A stretch of 64,000 nucleotides of DNA from contig JAZNCE010000003.1 in NCBI GenBank assembly GCA_045587385.1, positions 23,754-87,753 of the forward strand, written 5' to 3'. Position numbers and translations under genes: made by a program. Every line of letters begins with the position of its first letter. The first letter of the stretch is position 1. The stretch is from Eubacteriales bacterium. Its GTDB lineage: Bacteria; Bacillota; Clostridia; Oscillospirales; CAG-272. Shown in pieces: positions 34,746 through 42,436 of the stretch. The notes beneath the pieces were generated by a model. That model did no database searches, was not told the DNA's origin, and was given only the letters and a program-made list of their open reading frames with translations.

Positions 34746-35552
34746 ATGTCCGAACTTACTTATATTGACAGAATCAAGAAGATCAAAAGCGAGCGCCGCA
34801 TCACCAACGACAAGCTGTCCGAGATGACCGGCATCCCGCTCGGTACGCTTTCTAAAATTTTGGCAGGCATCAGCGATTCGCCCAAGCTTTCCAACATGCT
34901 GGCGATCTGCCGCGCCCTGGATTGCTCTTTGGATTATATCGTCAGCGGCACGCCCGAAAATCATCATAATTATACTCTGACGGACGGTGAGATCGCACTG
35001 GTCGAGCACTACCGCCGCCTTGACAGCCACGGCAGCGAGCTGGTCGCGCTGGTGCTGGATAAGGAATACGAGCGCGTGACCGCGCAGTCCTACGCAGCTG
35101 CACCCGCACCTGTAACCCCTGCGCGTCAACCCGAAATCAAGCCCTCCAAATCGAGCTTTACCCGCGTGTCGGGCGGACTTGGCAAGCGCACCATCAGCCT
35201 GTACGACCTGCCCGTTTCCGCTGGTACGGGTGTGTATCTGTTTGACAGCGTTGCGACGGATATTGCTATCCCTGACAACGGAAAAACTGCCGATGCGGAC
35301 TACGCGCTGCGCATTTCGGGTGACAGTATGGAGCCCAAATATCACGACCGTGACGTGCTGCTGATCCAGGAATGCGATCAGATCGAGCCCGGCGAGCTCG
35401 GCATTTTCGTGCTGGACGGCGAGGGCTATTTCAAGAAGTTCGGCGGCGATTGCCTGATCTCGCTTAACCCCTTCTACGCGCCCATCATGCTGCGCGATTT
35501 CGAGGACATCCGCTGCTGCGGCAGAGTCATCGGTAAGCTGCATAAAAAGTAA
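34746..35552 (+). CDS. XRE-HTH / S24 peptidase (LexA- or phage-repressor-like) self-cleaving regulator
   Basis: N-terminal HTH (NDKLSEMTGIPLGTLSKILAG). C-terminal S24 domain (RISGDSMEPKYHDRDVLLIQ...YFKKFG) carrying the Ser/Lys dyad. Confidence 0.85.
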   Translation: MSELTYIDRIKKIKSERRITNDKLSEMTGIPLGTLSKILAGISDSPKLSNMLAICRALDCSLDYIVSGTPENHHNYTLTDGEIALVEHYRRLDSHGSELVALVLDKEYERVTAQSYAAAPAPVTPARQPEIKPSKSSFTRVSGGLGKRTISLYDLPVSAGTGVYLFDSVATDIAIPDNGKTADADYALRISGDSMEPKYHDRDVLLIQECDQIEPGELGIFVLDGEGYFKKFGGDCLISLNPFYAPIMLRDFEDIRCCGRVIGKLHKK

Positions 35553-35567
35553 TACGAACAAAAAATC

Positions 35568-35597
35568 AAGGCTCTGCCGCATGGCTGAGCCTTTTCT
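35568..35597 (+). terminator. hairpin terminator
   Basis: AAGGCTCTGCC-GCAT-GGCTGAGCCTT followed by TTCTCTT. Confidence 0.55.
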
Positions 35598-35673
35598 CTT
35601 ATATTAGATAGGGGGGGTGAGATTGCCCAATATCATTGAGTTGAAAAACTCTTTACCGGACAAGCGAACGGAA

Positions 35674-35858
35674 CGGATGCGCTCTATAAAGGCGTACCCC
35701 GGGGGGAAGCTGTCGCGCAGCGACTGAAGGGGAATTCGAAAGTTTGGTTTTGAATTGTTTTATCCGAACGGGAAGCCGCGCCGTTTTGTCCGCAACTCCC
35801 CTTCAGTCGCCTGCGGCGTCAGCTTCCCCTCGGGGGACGCCTATGCAACGCGCGTCCG
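35674..35858. repeat. ~185-bp imperfect palindromic element
   Basis: Arms GGCGTACCCCGGGGGGAAGCTGTCGCGCAGCGACTGAAGGGGA (35691-35733) and TCCCCTTCAGTCGCCTGCGGCGTCAGCTTCCCCTCGGGGGACGCC (35797-35841). Pairing extends outward to 35674/35858. It shares the words GGGGAAG and CGCAGCG with the 4408-4444 repeat. Confidence 0.85.
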
Positions 35859-35869
35859 CATTGTTTGGT

Positions 35870-36149
35870 TAGCCGTACGGGAGTCGAACTAAGTTGGTTT
35901 TGACGGGCAGATTTTCCCCATCCCTGCAGCGTTTCCCTTGGACATACTGCCTGTATGCCCTGCGGGAAAAGCTTTTGGGCTCAAAAAAATCTGCTGCGAC
36001 AAAACTGCTCGCACCCGAGGGCGAATGCATTTTTGATAGATTTTGGTGGGATTTTGCGAAGCAAGATACCAATCTTGCGAGTAAAAGCACGCCGAAAGAT
36101 GCGAAAATCCCTCGCTCCCGGGCAATTCGGTTCGATTCCCGTACGGCTA
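35870..36149 (+). ncRNA. candidate structured RNA or MITE: ~280-nt rod-like element with 20-nt terminal inverted repeats that look like tRNA T-arm/acceptor 3' halves
   Basis: TAGCCGTACGGGAGTCGAAC (35870-35889) pairs with GTTCGATTCCCGTACGGCTA (36130-36149). Pairing continues inward with G-U pairs (AGTTG/CAATT, GATTTTC/GAAAATC, CATC/GATG). Internal hairpins at 35938-35960 and 36060-36077. An alternative pairing is GGGATTTT (36048) with AAAATCCC (36103). A terminator follows at 36174-36199. Strand and RNA status are unproven. Confidence 0.35.
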
Positions 36150-36173
36150 TGCATTCGCGCCTAAACCACACCT

Positions 36174-36199
36174 GAAAATGGGTCCCAACCCATTTTTGG
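36174..36199 (+). terminator. hairpin terminator between the rod-like element and bcp
   Basis: AAAATGGGT-CCCA-ACCCATTTT followed by TGG. Symmetric A/T runs mean it could act in either direction. Confidence 0.6.
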
Positions 36200-36241
36200 A
36201 GCAGAGCTCCACGGTGAGGTTTCAAAAGTTAGGAGGATATT

Positions 36242-36694
36242 ATGTTAACAGTAGGACAAAAAGCACCCGATTTTACCTTAAACGATCAGAACGGCAATCC
36301 CGTATCTCTTTCCGACTTCCTTGGAAAAAAGGTAGTCGTGTATTTCTATCCCAAGGATAATACCCCCGGCTGCACCCGTCAGGCTTGCGCATTTGCGGGC
36401 GCATACGAGGCATTCAAGCAAAAGGATATCGTGGTCATCGGCATCAGCCGCGACAGCACGGCGTCGCACGTCAGATTCGCCGAGAAGTATAATCTGCCCT
36501 TTATTCTTTTGTCCGACCCCGACCGTATTGCCATTGAGCCCTTTGGTGCATGGCAGGAGAAAAAGCTGTACGGCAAGCTGGGGCTCGGCATTGTGCGCTG
36601 CACCTTTATCATTGATGAGCAGGGAATCGTGTCCCACGTCATGCCCAAGGTCAAGCCCGACACCAATGCAGCAGAGATATTGGCACTTCTTTAA
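36242..36694 (+). CDS. bcp: thioredoxin-dependent peroxiredoxin Bcp
   Basis: RBS AGGAGG. FYPKDNTPGCTRQAC peroxidatic-Cys motif. 150 aa. Confidence 0.92.
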   Translation: MLTVGQKAPDFTLNDQNGNPVSLSDFLGKKVVVYFYPKDNTPGCTRQACAFAGAYEAFKQKDIVVIGISRDSTASHVRFAEKYNLPFILLSDPDRIAIEPFGAWQEKKLYGKLGLGIVRCTFIIDEQGIVSHVMPKVKPDTNAAEILALL

Positions 36695-36706
36695 TTTCAT
36701 GCAAAC

Positions 36707-36745
36707 AAAAACGCGCCTGCGGAAAATCCGCAGGCGCAATTTTTA
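36707..36745. terminator. bidirectional terminator
   Basis: GCGCCTGCGG-AAAAT-CCGCAGGCGC flanked by A and T runs. Confidence 0.75.
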
Positions 36746-36749
36746 TGTT

Positions 36750-39437
36750 TCAGTGCTTTTTCTTTTTGGAGCAAACTGCAAAGGGAAGAGCTGCCAAGCT
36801 GATCAGAACGATCACGCCGCCCATAGAGGACTTGCATCCGCCGGGTTTGACCTCGTCGGTGATCTCACCGGTGACCTCGTCGGTACTCTGCTCGGTCGTT
36901 TCGGTGCTCGGCACGTATTGCTCTGCAGTCTTGGGATCGATGCAGTTCTGATAAGTGTAGTTGAGTCTGCCCAAAGGAGCTGCATCACCGTCGGTGTAGA
37001 ACTGCTCCATAGTTTCAATCTTGCTGTCGCTGTCTGCCCACTTGAACTGCAGCTTAATGCCGTTCGGGTTGGTAATGCCCAGCATTTCCATGGGGACTGC
37101 GATCATCATCTTGTTTTCCTTTGCGCGGTAGTTAACCTCGCCCACAACCTCAAAGGAGTAAGCACCGTCCGTGCCGTTGTAGCGCGCTACGGTGGTGGTG
37201 AATTCGTCCTTTGCGCCGTAGTTGACAATGTAATCATAGCCGTACCAGCCGGTATTGGCATCACAATCCACGTCCACGAACAGCTGCATCCAGGTGGAGT
37301 TGTTGTCAAACATGGTGATATACTCGCGGGTTTCTGCGTAGAAGTAAACGTTCTTGGTGTCGGCTGTAACCTTGGAAGAAAGAATATCGTTTCTGCCCGT
37401 GGTGTTGGTGTATTTGACTCTGCCAAAGCCGTAAGCGTTACGGTCCAGCATATCGTTTGCGGGGTCGGTGTAGGTCACAAGCACCTTTTCCCAAATGTCA
37501 AACGAGCCTGTGACGTTGACTGCGTTGCGTGCGTCCTGCACGATCACGGGAGCAGCCCCCTTGAGTCTTTGGATATTATAGGCGATCTGCATGTAGTAGT
37601 TGTCAAAGTAGCCGCCCTTCATCATTTCGGCATCACGCGAGAATTCGGAGGAAGCGCAGTCCACAAAGCCGATCTCACCGGGATAATCCTGTCTTTGCGC
37701 GATCCACTCGTTCCAGCCCGTAACCAGTACGTAAGGAACGTCAGCTTCAATGGCTCTGTCCCACTGGGACTGGAAGTTTGAACCCTGCACGAATGCGTTG
37801 GGATTCTTGTCAAGCAGCTTGAAGTAGTCGGTACGCGATTTTGCGTTATTGACCTTTCCTGCAAAGGATCTGCCAAGGTTGGATTTATCACCGTAAAGTG
37901 CGGAATCGGAGAAGCATGCCGTGCCAAGATGTTGCGCAATGGACACATTGATCGCACTGGGCTTGCCGTTTGCGTCGTTATAGACGTTCTGCGGCCACTC
38001 AAAATCCATCCAGGGCCAGCCGTTTTCCTTCATGTCCTCGGTGGGCCATTGATTGAGCTTAATGGTAAAGAAATCGTTGACGTTTGCCTCGTAGGGAGCA
38101 ACGATAGCGGGCTTGCCGTCGATCATGTACCAGGTATCGGGGTAATGACCGGGGGCGTAGATCTCGTCGTAGATCTGCTTGACGCGGATCACGGCATCGG
38201 TATTGGTATAGAACATGACCTCGGGAGCGTCGTAGCCCTGCTCGTTGAATTCGTGCAGAATTGCCATGAGCTTGAGTGCAATGCTCGAGTAGGTGGAGTT
38301 GTTGGTGGTGTCAAAATAGAGGAAGTCAACGCCTGCGTTCATAAGCAGCTCAACGTGCTTGCGCATAACGTATTCGTCGTCAATGTAGTAGTAGCCGTAA
38401 AGAGGCTCGCCCCACCAGTGCCAGGTGTGAACGGGACCCCACAGGGGATTGTTCACGTCGCCTGCCTTATCTCCCGATTGGTCAATGATCTCTTGCATAT
38501 TCTTCACGCCGGGGTCGCCGTGCTGACCGTGCCAGAGGAAGTAGAAGATACCCACGTCGTGATCCTCTGTCACAACGCCTACCTGCGTGGAGTCAAACAG
38601 GGAACGGTCCAGATCGTCCGTGCCTGCGTAGCCGCCGAACAGATTGACCTCGTTGTTGGGAACGGTGTAGGAAACGGCATTCTCACCCGAACCGTAGGAA
38701 ATGGTGGCGTATTTGCCGTCATCGGAGTAAGTGATCTTGAGCGTGCCTTCGTAATTGTCGTCTGCACCCGGTGCTGTTTCCTTGAATGCGGGATCGGGCC
38801 ACTCGGTTTTGGGCAGCGTTGCAGCCTCCTGCTCGCTCTGCTGCTCCTGCTTTGCATATTCCTTGTATGCAGCAAAATCAAATGCCTGCGCCTTTTCCTC
38901 GCTGTCAAAGAATGCAAAATAACGAAGCTCGATCGCGTCACCGGCCTTGATGCCCTGGTGCATGTGCAAAGGGTCAAGACGCAGTTGGGTAAATACGGCG
39001 TCCTGCACGTCTGCCCAGCCTTCGCAGTGGACGATCAGCTTGTGCCATTCACCATCGGGAGTCCAATTCCATTCCAAATGGGAAGCAGCGTCCTGCGAGA
39101 AGGAAACACCGTCATTTCTTGCAATGTATATCTCGCCCATTACCTTAGCGGTGGTGCGGTATTCGATTACAAGATAAGCCGCGTCTGCCACCTTGATGTC
39201 GGGCGTGGGAAGCTCCATGGCAGGGTCGTTTTCGGTCGCGGTAAAGGTGGTGTATTCACCCTCCTTGACCTCGTAGGTCATTTTTGCCACACCCTTTAAT
39301 TGCTTGCTGACCTCTTTGTCGCCAAAGTCAAGGATGTAAGTGGGCTTTGCCTCGTATTCCTGCGCCGCTGCGCTCAGGTAGACAAGCGTGCTAAGCAATA
39401 TGCAGACGCATAATGCAAATAGAGTGATGCGTTTCAT
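36750..39437 (-). CDS. secreted multi-domain GH-like protein (beta-sandwich, GH99-like TIM barrel, beta-sandwich domains) with C-terminal GGCKS/TM/KKKK anchor; paralog A
   Basis: Signal peptide MKRITLFALCVCILLSTLVYLSAAAQ. N-terminal module ends in LRLDP...IELRYFAFF. Core has FYFLWHG, WWGEPLYGYYY, AGVDFLYFDTTN and TGWNEWIAQ, which is GH99/WbsX-like grammar with low family certainty. The C-terminus is KPGGCKSSMGGVIVLISLAALPFAVCSKKKKH. Confidence 0.8.
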   Translation of the reverse strand: MKRITLFALCVCILLSTLVYLSAAAQEYEAKPTYILDFGDKEVSKQLKGVAKMTYEVKEGEYTTFTATENDPAMELPTPDIKVADAAYLVIEYRTTAKVMGEIYIARNDGVSFSQDAASHLEWNWTPDGEWHKLIVHCEGWADVQDAVFTQLRLDPLHMHQGIKAGDAIELRYFAFFDSEEKAQAFDFAAYKEYAKQEQQSEQEAATLPKTEWPDPAFKETAPGADDNYEGTLKITYSDDGKYATISYGSGENAVSYTVPNNEVNLFGGYAGTDDLDRSLFDSTQVGVVTEDHDVGIFYFLWHGQHGDPGVKNMQEIIDQSGDKAGDVNNPLWGPVHTWHWWGEPLYGYYYIDDEYVMRKHVELLMNAGVDFLYFDTTNNSTYSSIALKLMAILHEFNEQGYDAPEVMFYTNTDAVIRVKQIYDEIYAPGHYPDTWYMIDGKPAIVAPYEANVNDFFTIKLNQWPTEDMKENGWPWMDFEWPQNVYNDANGKPSAINVSIAQHLGTACFSDSALYGDKSNLGRSFAGKVNNAKSRTDYFKLLDKNPNAFVQGSNFQSQWDRAIEADVPYVLVTGWNEWIAQRQDYPGEIGFVDCASSEFSRDAEMMKGGYFDNYYMQIAYNIQRLKGAAPVIVQDARNAVNVTGSFDIWEKVLVTYTDPANDMLDRNAYGFGRVKYTNTTGRNDILSSKVTADTKNVYFYAETREYITMFDNNSTWMQLFVDVDCDANTGWYGYDYIVNYGAKDEFTTTVARYNGTDGAYSFEVVGEVNYRAKENKMMIAVPMEMLGITNPNGIKLQFKWADSDSKIETMEQFYTDGDAAPLGRLNYTYQNCIDPKTAEQYVPSTETTEQSTDEVTGEITDEVKPGGCKSSMGGVIVLISLAALPFAVCSKKKKH

Positions 39438-39470
39438 AAAAGAAACCTCCGTATAAAATGTACTTTAATC

Positions 39471-39499
39471 ATTATAGCATGCAATGCGGTGTTTGTCAA
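39471..39499 (-). promoter_or_regulatory. sigma-A type promoter for paralog A
   Basis: Minus strand: TTGACA, 17-nt spacer, TATAAT preceded by TGC. Confidence 0.6.
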
Positions 39500-39585
39500 T
39501 TGAATAGGAATTGAGGCGAACAACTTTGGCTATCTTGCGAAAAAGATTTGCAACAAGTATATGCAAATTGACATACTCTAAGCGC

Positions 39586-39615
39586 AAAAAAACGGCTGCC
39601 CGCAAAGGGCAGCCG
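39586..39615 (-). terminator. rho-independent terminator after paralog B
   Basis: Minus strand: CGGCTGCCC-TTTGC-GGGCAGCCG followed by TTTTTTT. Confidence 0.75.
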
Positions 39616-39621
39616 AAGCGA

Positions 39622-42273
39622 TTATTGTTTTTTCTTTTTGGCGTAAGCCGCAAAGGAAAGTGCTGCAATGCCGATCAGGGCGACTGTGCTGCTTGCAATG
39701 GATTTGCATCCGCCGCTCTTGCCCTCATCCTCGGGGGCATCCGTGCTTGGCACGTACTGCTCGGCGGTTTCGGGGTCAATGCAGTTTTGATAAACGTAGT
39801 TCAGTCTGCCCAAGGGAGCTGCGTCACCGTCGGTATAGAATTGCTCCATGGTGGTAATCAAGGAGCGGCTGTCCGCCCACTTGAACTCAAACTTAATGCC
39901 GTTCGGGTTGGTGATGCCCAGCATTTCCATAGGCACCGCCAGCATCATTTGATTGCCCTCTACGCGGTACTCAATCTCACCGATCACTTCAAACGCGTAA
40001 GCACCGTCCGTGCCGCAATAGCGTGCAACCGTTGTGGTATCAAGGTCTTTGGCTTGATAGTTGATAATGTAATCGTATCCGTACCAGCCGTCACCTCCCG
40101 TGGAGAGAAACAGCTGCATCCAGGATCTGTCATCCTTGGGTAAGCAGATATTCTCTCTGGTCTCTACGTAGAAATATACGTTTTTGGTGTCTGCGGTGAC
40201 CTTTGCGGCAACGATATCGTTTTTGCCGGTATCGTTGACGTAATGAATGTTTCCAAATCCGTACGAATCGCGATCCAGCATGTCCTTGATGGGGTCGGTG
40301 TAGGTGACTTGTACCTTGTCCCATACGTCAAAGCTGCCCGTGAGGTTGACCGCGTTGCGCGCGTCCTGCACGATCACGGGTGCCGCGCCCTTGAGTCTTT
40401 GAATGTTATAGGCAAGCTGCATGTAGTAGTTATCAAAGTAGCCGCCCTTCATCATTTCGGTATCGCGTGAAAATTCGTAGGAAGCGCAATCCATGAATCC
40501 TACCTTGTCGGGGTCATTCATTCTTTGCGCGATCCATTCGTTCCAGCCAGTCACAAGCACGAAGGGAACGTCTGCTTCAATGGCTCTGTCCCATTGCGCC
40601 TGGAAGTTGATGCCTTGTACGAACAGATCGGGGTTTTTCTCAAGCCTTTGGTAGTAATCGGTGCGGGTCTTTGCGCTGTTGATCGCGTCTGCAAAGGATC
40701 TGCCGAGATTGCTCTTGTTTCCGTACAGTGCAGAATCGGAAAAGCAGATCGAGCCGCTGTGCTGTGCGGCAGATACGTTGATTGCGCTGGGATTGCCGTT
40801 CGCATCGTTGTAGATGCGCTGCGGCCACTCAAAATCCATCCAGGGCCAGCCGTTTTCCTTGGGAGCTTCCGTGGGCCATTGGTTGAGCTTTACCGTAAAG
40901 AAGTCGTCAATATTTGCTTCGTAAGGGGCAACGATCAAGGGCTTGCCGTCCAGCATGTACCATGTGTCCTTGTAGAAGCCCGGGGCGTAGATCCTCTCAT
41001 AGATCTCGCGCACGCAGGACTCTGCTTGGGTATTGGTGTAAAACACGACCTTAGGAGCATCATAGCCCATTTTGTTGAAGTCGTGCAGGATCGCCATCAG
41101 CTTAAGCGCGTTATCCGCATAAGCAAAGCCGTTGGTGGTATCAAAGTATAAAAAGTCAATGCCTGCACCTATTAAAAGCTCGATGTGCTTGCGCGCCACC
41201 CAGTTATCGTCTGCATAATAGTAGCCGTAAAGCGGCTCACCCCACCAATGCCATTCGTAAGGCTTGCCCCACAGCTCGCAATTGGGATCGCCTGCTGCCC
41301 CGATGCCCACTTGATCAATGATTTGCTGCATGTTGTAAACGCCCGTGTCACCGTGTTCACCATGCCAAAGGAAATAGAAGATGCCAACATCGTGTTCCTC
41401 GGTCACCACGCCCACTTGGGTAGAGTCGAAAAGTGACCTGCCAAGATCGTCCGTGCCCGCATACCCACCAAATAGGTTGATTTCGTTGTTGGGGACGGTA
41501 TAGGAAACAGCATTTTCACCTTCTCCGTAGGATATCGTGGCGTATTCGCCGTCTTCGGAGTACATGATTTTGAGCGTACCCTCATAGTTATCATCGGGGT
41601 GTACCTCTTGCTCCTTGTATACGGGAGTGGGCCAGGGCGAATGGGGAATCACTCCCTCGGGCAAGATAGGTCCGTTTTGGGAAACGTATTGTTGATATGC
41701 CGCCAGATCAAAATTCACGGCATCCTGCTCGTCCCGGAAAAAGGCAAGGAAACGGATATCAATCGTCTCGCCGCCAGCTGCTTCAAGACCCAAGCGCACC
41801 GGATCAAAACGCAACGCGGTCATTACAGCGTCTTCCGCGTCAGCCCAGCCCTCGCAATGTACGATCAGTCTGTGCCATGAACCGTCGGGAATCCAATCCC
41901 ATTTCAGCGTTGAGTCGGGGGTTTCACCCATGGAAACGCCATCATCGCGCGAAATAAAGATCTCGCCCTGCTCACAGCTTTCGGTTCTGTATTCAATGCA
42001 GAGATATTTTGCACTGTTAACGTAAATATTGGGCGAGATCAGCAATAATTGCGGGTCGCCGCCAAGTGCGGTGAGAGTGGTGTGCGAGCCATCGTTGACC
42101 ATGTAGTTGAGATTATAGATGCCTCCGCCGATATTTGCCGTAATGCCTGAATTGGTAAAGTCATAGATCCAAGAGGGGAGGATGGCAGCATCCTCGGCAA
42201 ATGCAGTAAACGCTGCAGGCACGCCCAAAAGCAAGATCAGGGCGAGCAGCAGTACAACGATTCTGTATTTCAT
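39622..42273 (-). CDS. secreted multi-domain GH-like protein, paralog B, with the same C-terminal GGCKS/TM/KKKK anchor
   Basis: Start at MKYRIVVLLLALILLLGVPAAFTAFA (signal peptide) behind GAGGAG. Collinear with paralog A over its whole length, with long identical peptide blocks such as NAVSYTVPNNE.NLFGGYAGTDDL.RSLFDSTQVGVVTE.HDVGIFYFLWHG. The C-terminus is KSGGCKSIASSTVALIGIAALSFAAYAKKKKQ. Confidence 0.8.
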   Translation of the reverse strand: MKYRIVVLLLALILLLGVPAAFTAFAEDAAILPSWIYDFTNSGITANIGGGIYNLNYMVNDGSHTTLTALGGDPQLLLISPNIYVNSAKYLCIEYRTESCEQGEIFISRDDGVSMGETPDSTLKWDWIPDGSWHRLIVHCEGWADAEDAVMTALRFDPVRLGLEAAGGETIDIRFLAFFRDEQDAVNFDLAAYQQYVSQNGPILPEGVIPHSPWPTPVYKEQEVHPDDNYEGTLKIMYSEDGEYATISYGEGENAVSYTVPNNEINLFGGYAGTDDLGRSLFDSTQVGVVTEEHDVGIFYFLWHGEHGDTGVYNMQQIIDQVGIGAAGDPNCELWGKPYEWHWWGEPLYGYYYADDNWVARKHIELLIGAGIDFLYFDTTNGFAYADNALKLMAILHDFNKMGYDAPKVVFYTNTQAESCVREIYERIYAPGFYKDTWYMLDGKPLIVAPYEANIDDFFTVKLNQWPTEAPKENGWPWMDFEWPQRIYNDANGNPSAINVSAAQHSGSICFSDSALYGNKSNLGRSFADAINSAKTRTDYYQRLEKNPDLFVQGINFQAQWDRAIEADVPFVLVTGWNEWIAQRMNDPDKVGFMDCASYEFSRDTEMMKGGYFDNYYMQLAYNIQRLKGAAPVIVQDARNAVNLTGSFDVWDKVQVTYTDPIKDMLDRDSYGFGNIHYVNDTGKNDIVAAKVTADTKNVYFYVETRENICLPKDDRSWMQLFLSTGGDGWYGYDYIINYQAKDLDTTTVARYCGTDGAYAFEVIGEIEYRVEGNQMMLAVPMEMLGITNPNGIKFEFKWADSRSLITTMEQFYTDGDAAPLGRLNYVYQNCIDPETAEQYVPSTDAPEDEGKSGGCKSIASSTVALIGIAALSFAAYAKKKKQ

Positions 42274-42301
42274 ATATAACTCCTCAAACAATATTACGTT
42301 T

Positions 42302-42330
42302 ATTATACCACGGTACGTGCGGGCTGTCAA
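42302..42330 (-). promoter_or_regulatory. sigma-A type promoter for paralog B
   Basis: Minus strand: TTGACA, 17-nt spacer, TATAAT preceded by TGG. Confidence 0.6.
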
Positions 42331-42436
42331 TGCGACATATTTAAGGTATTAAATTTTGGTGAATTTGCGAAAAACACTTGCGCGCGCAGTGTGCAATCTG
42401 CTATAATAGAGAGGTATAAAATACGGAGGTGTCAAT

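Noticed and set aside
35870-36149. A possible tmRNA or tRNA gene, suggested by GGTTCGATTCCC and a GGTTTTGACGGG motif.
   Set aside because: The T-stem does not pair: only 2-3 bp are possible around the TTCGATT loop. There is no acceptor/CCA-type 3' end. The spacing between the 5' end and the GGTTTTGAC motif is wrong for tmRNA. No tag-peptide reading frame ending in LAA-stop is present. It is kept only as a candidate novel element.
35869-36225. A 118-aa minus-strand ORF and overlapping 60-93-aa ORFs between the S24 repressor and bcp.
   Set aside because: They span the rod-like inverted-repeat element and a terminator. They have no RBS and their composition is typical of non-coding DNA read in frame.
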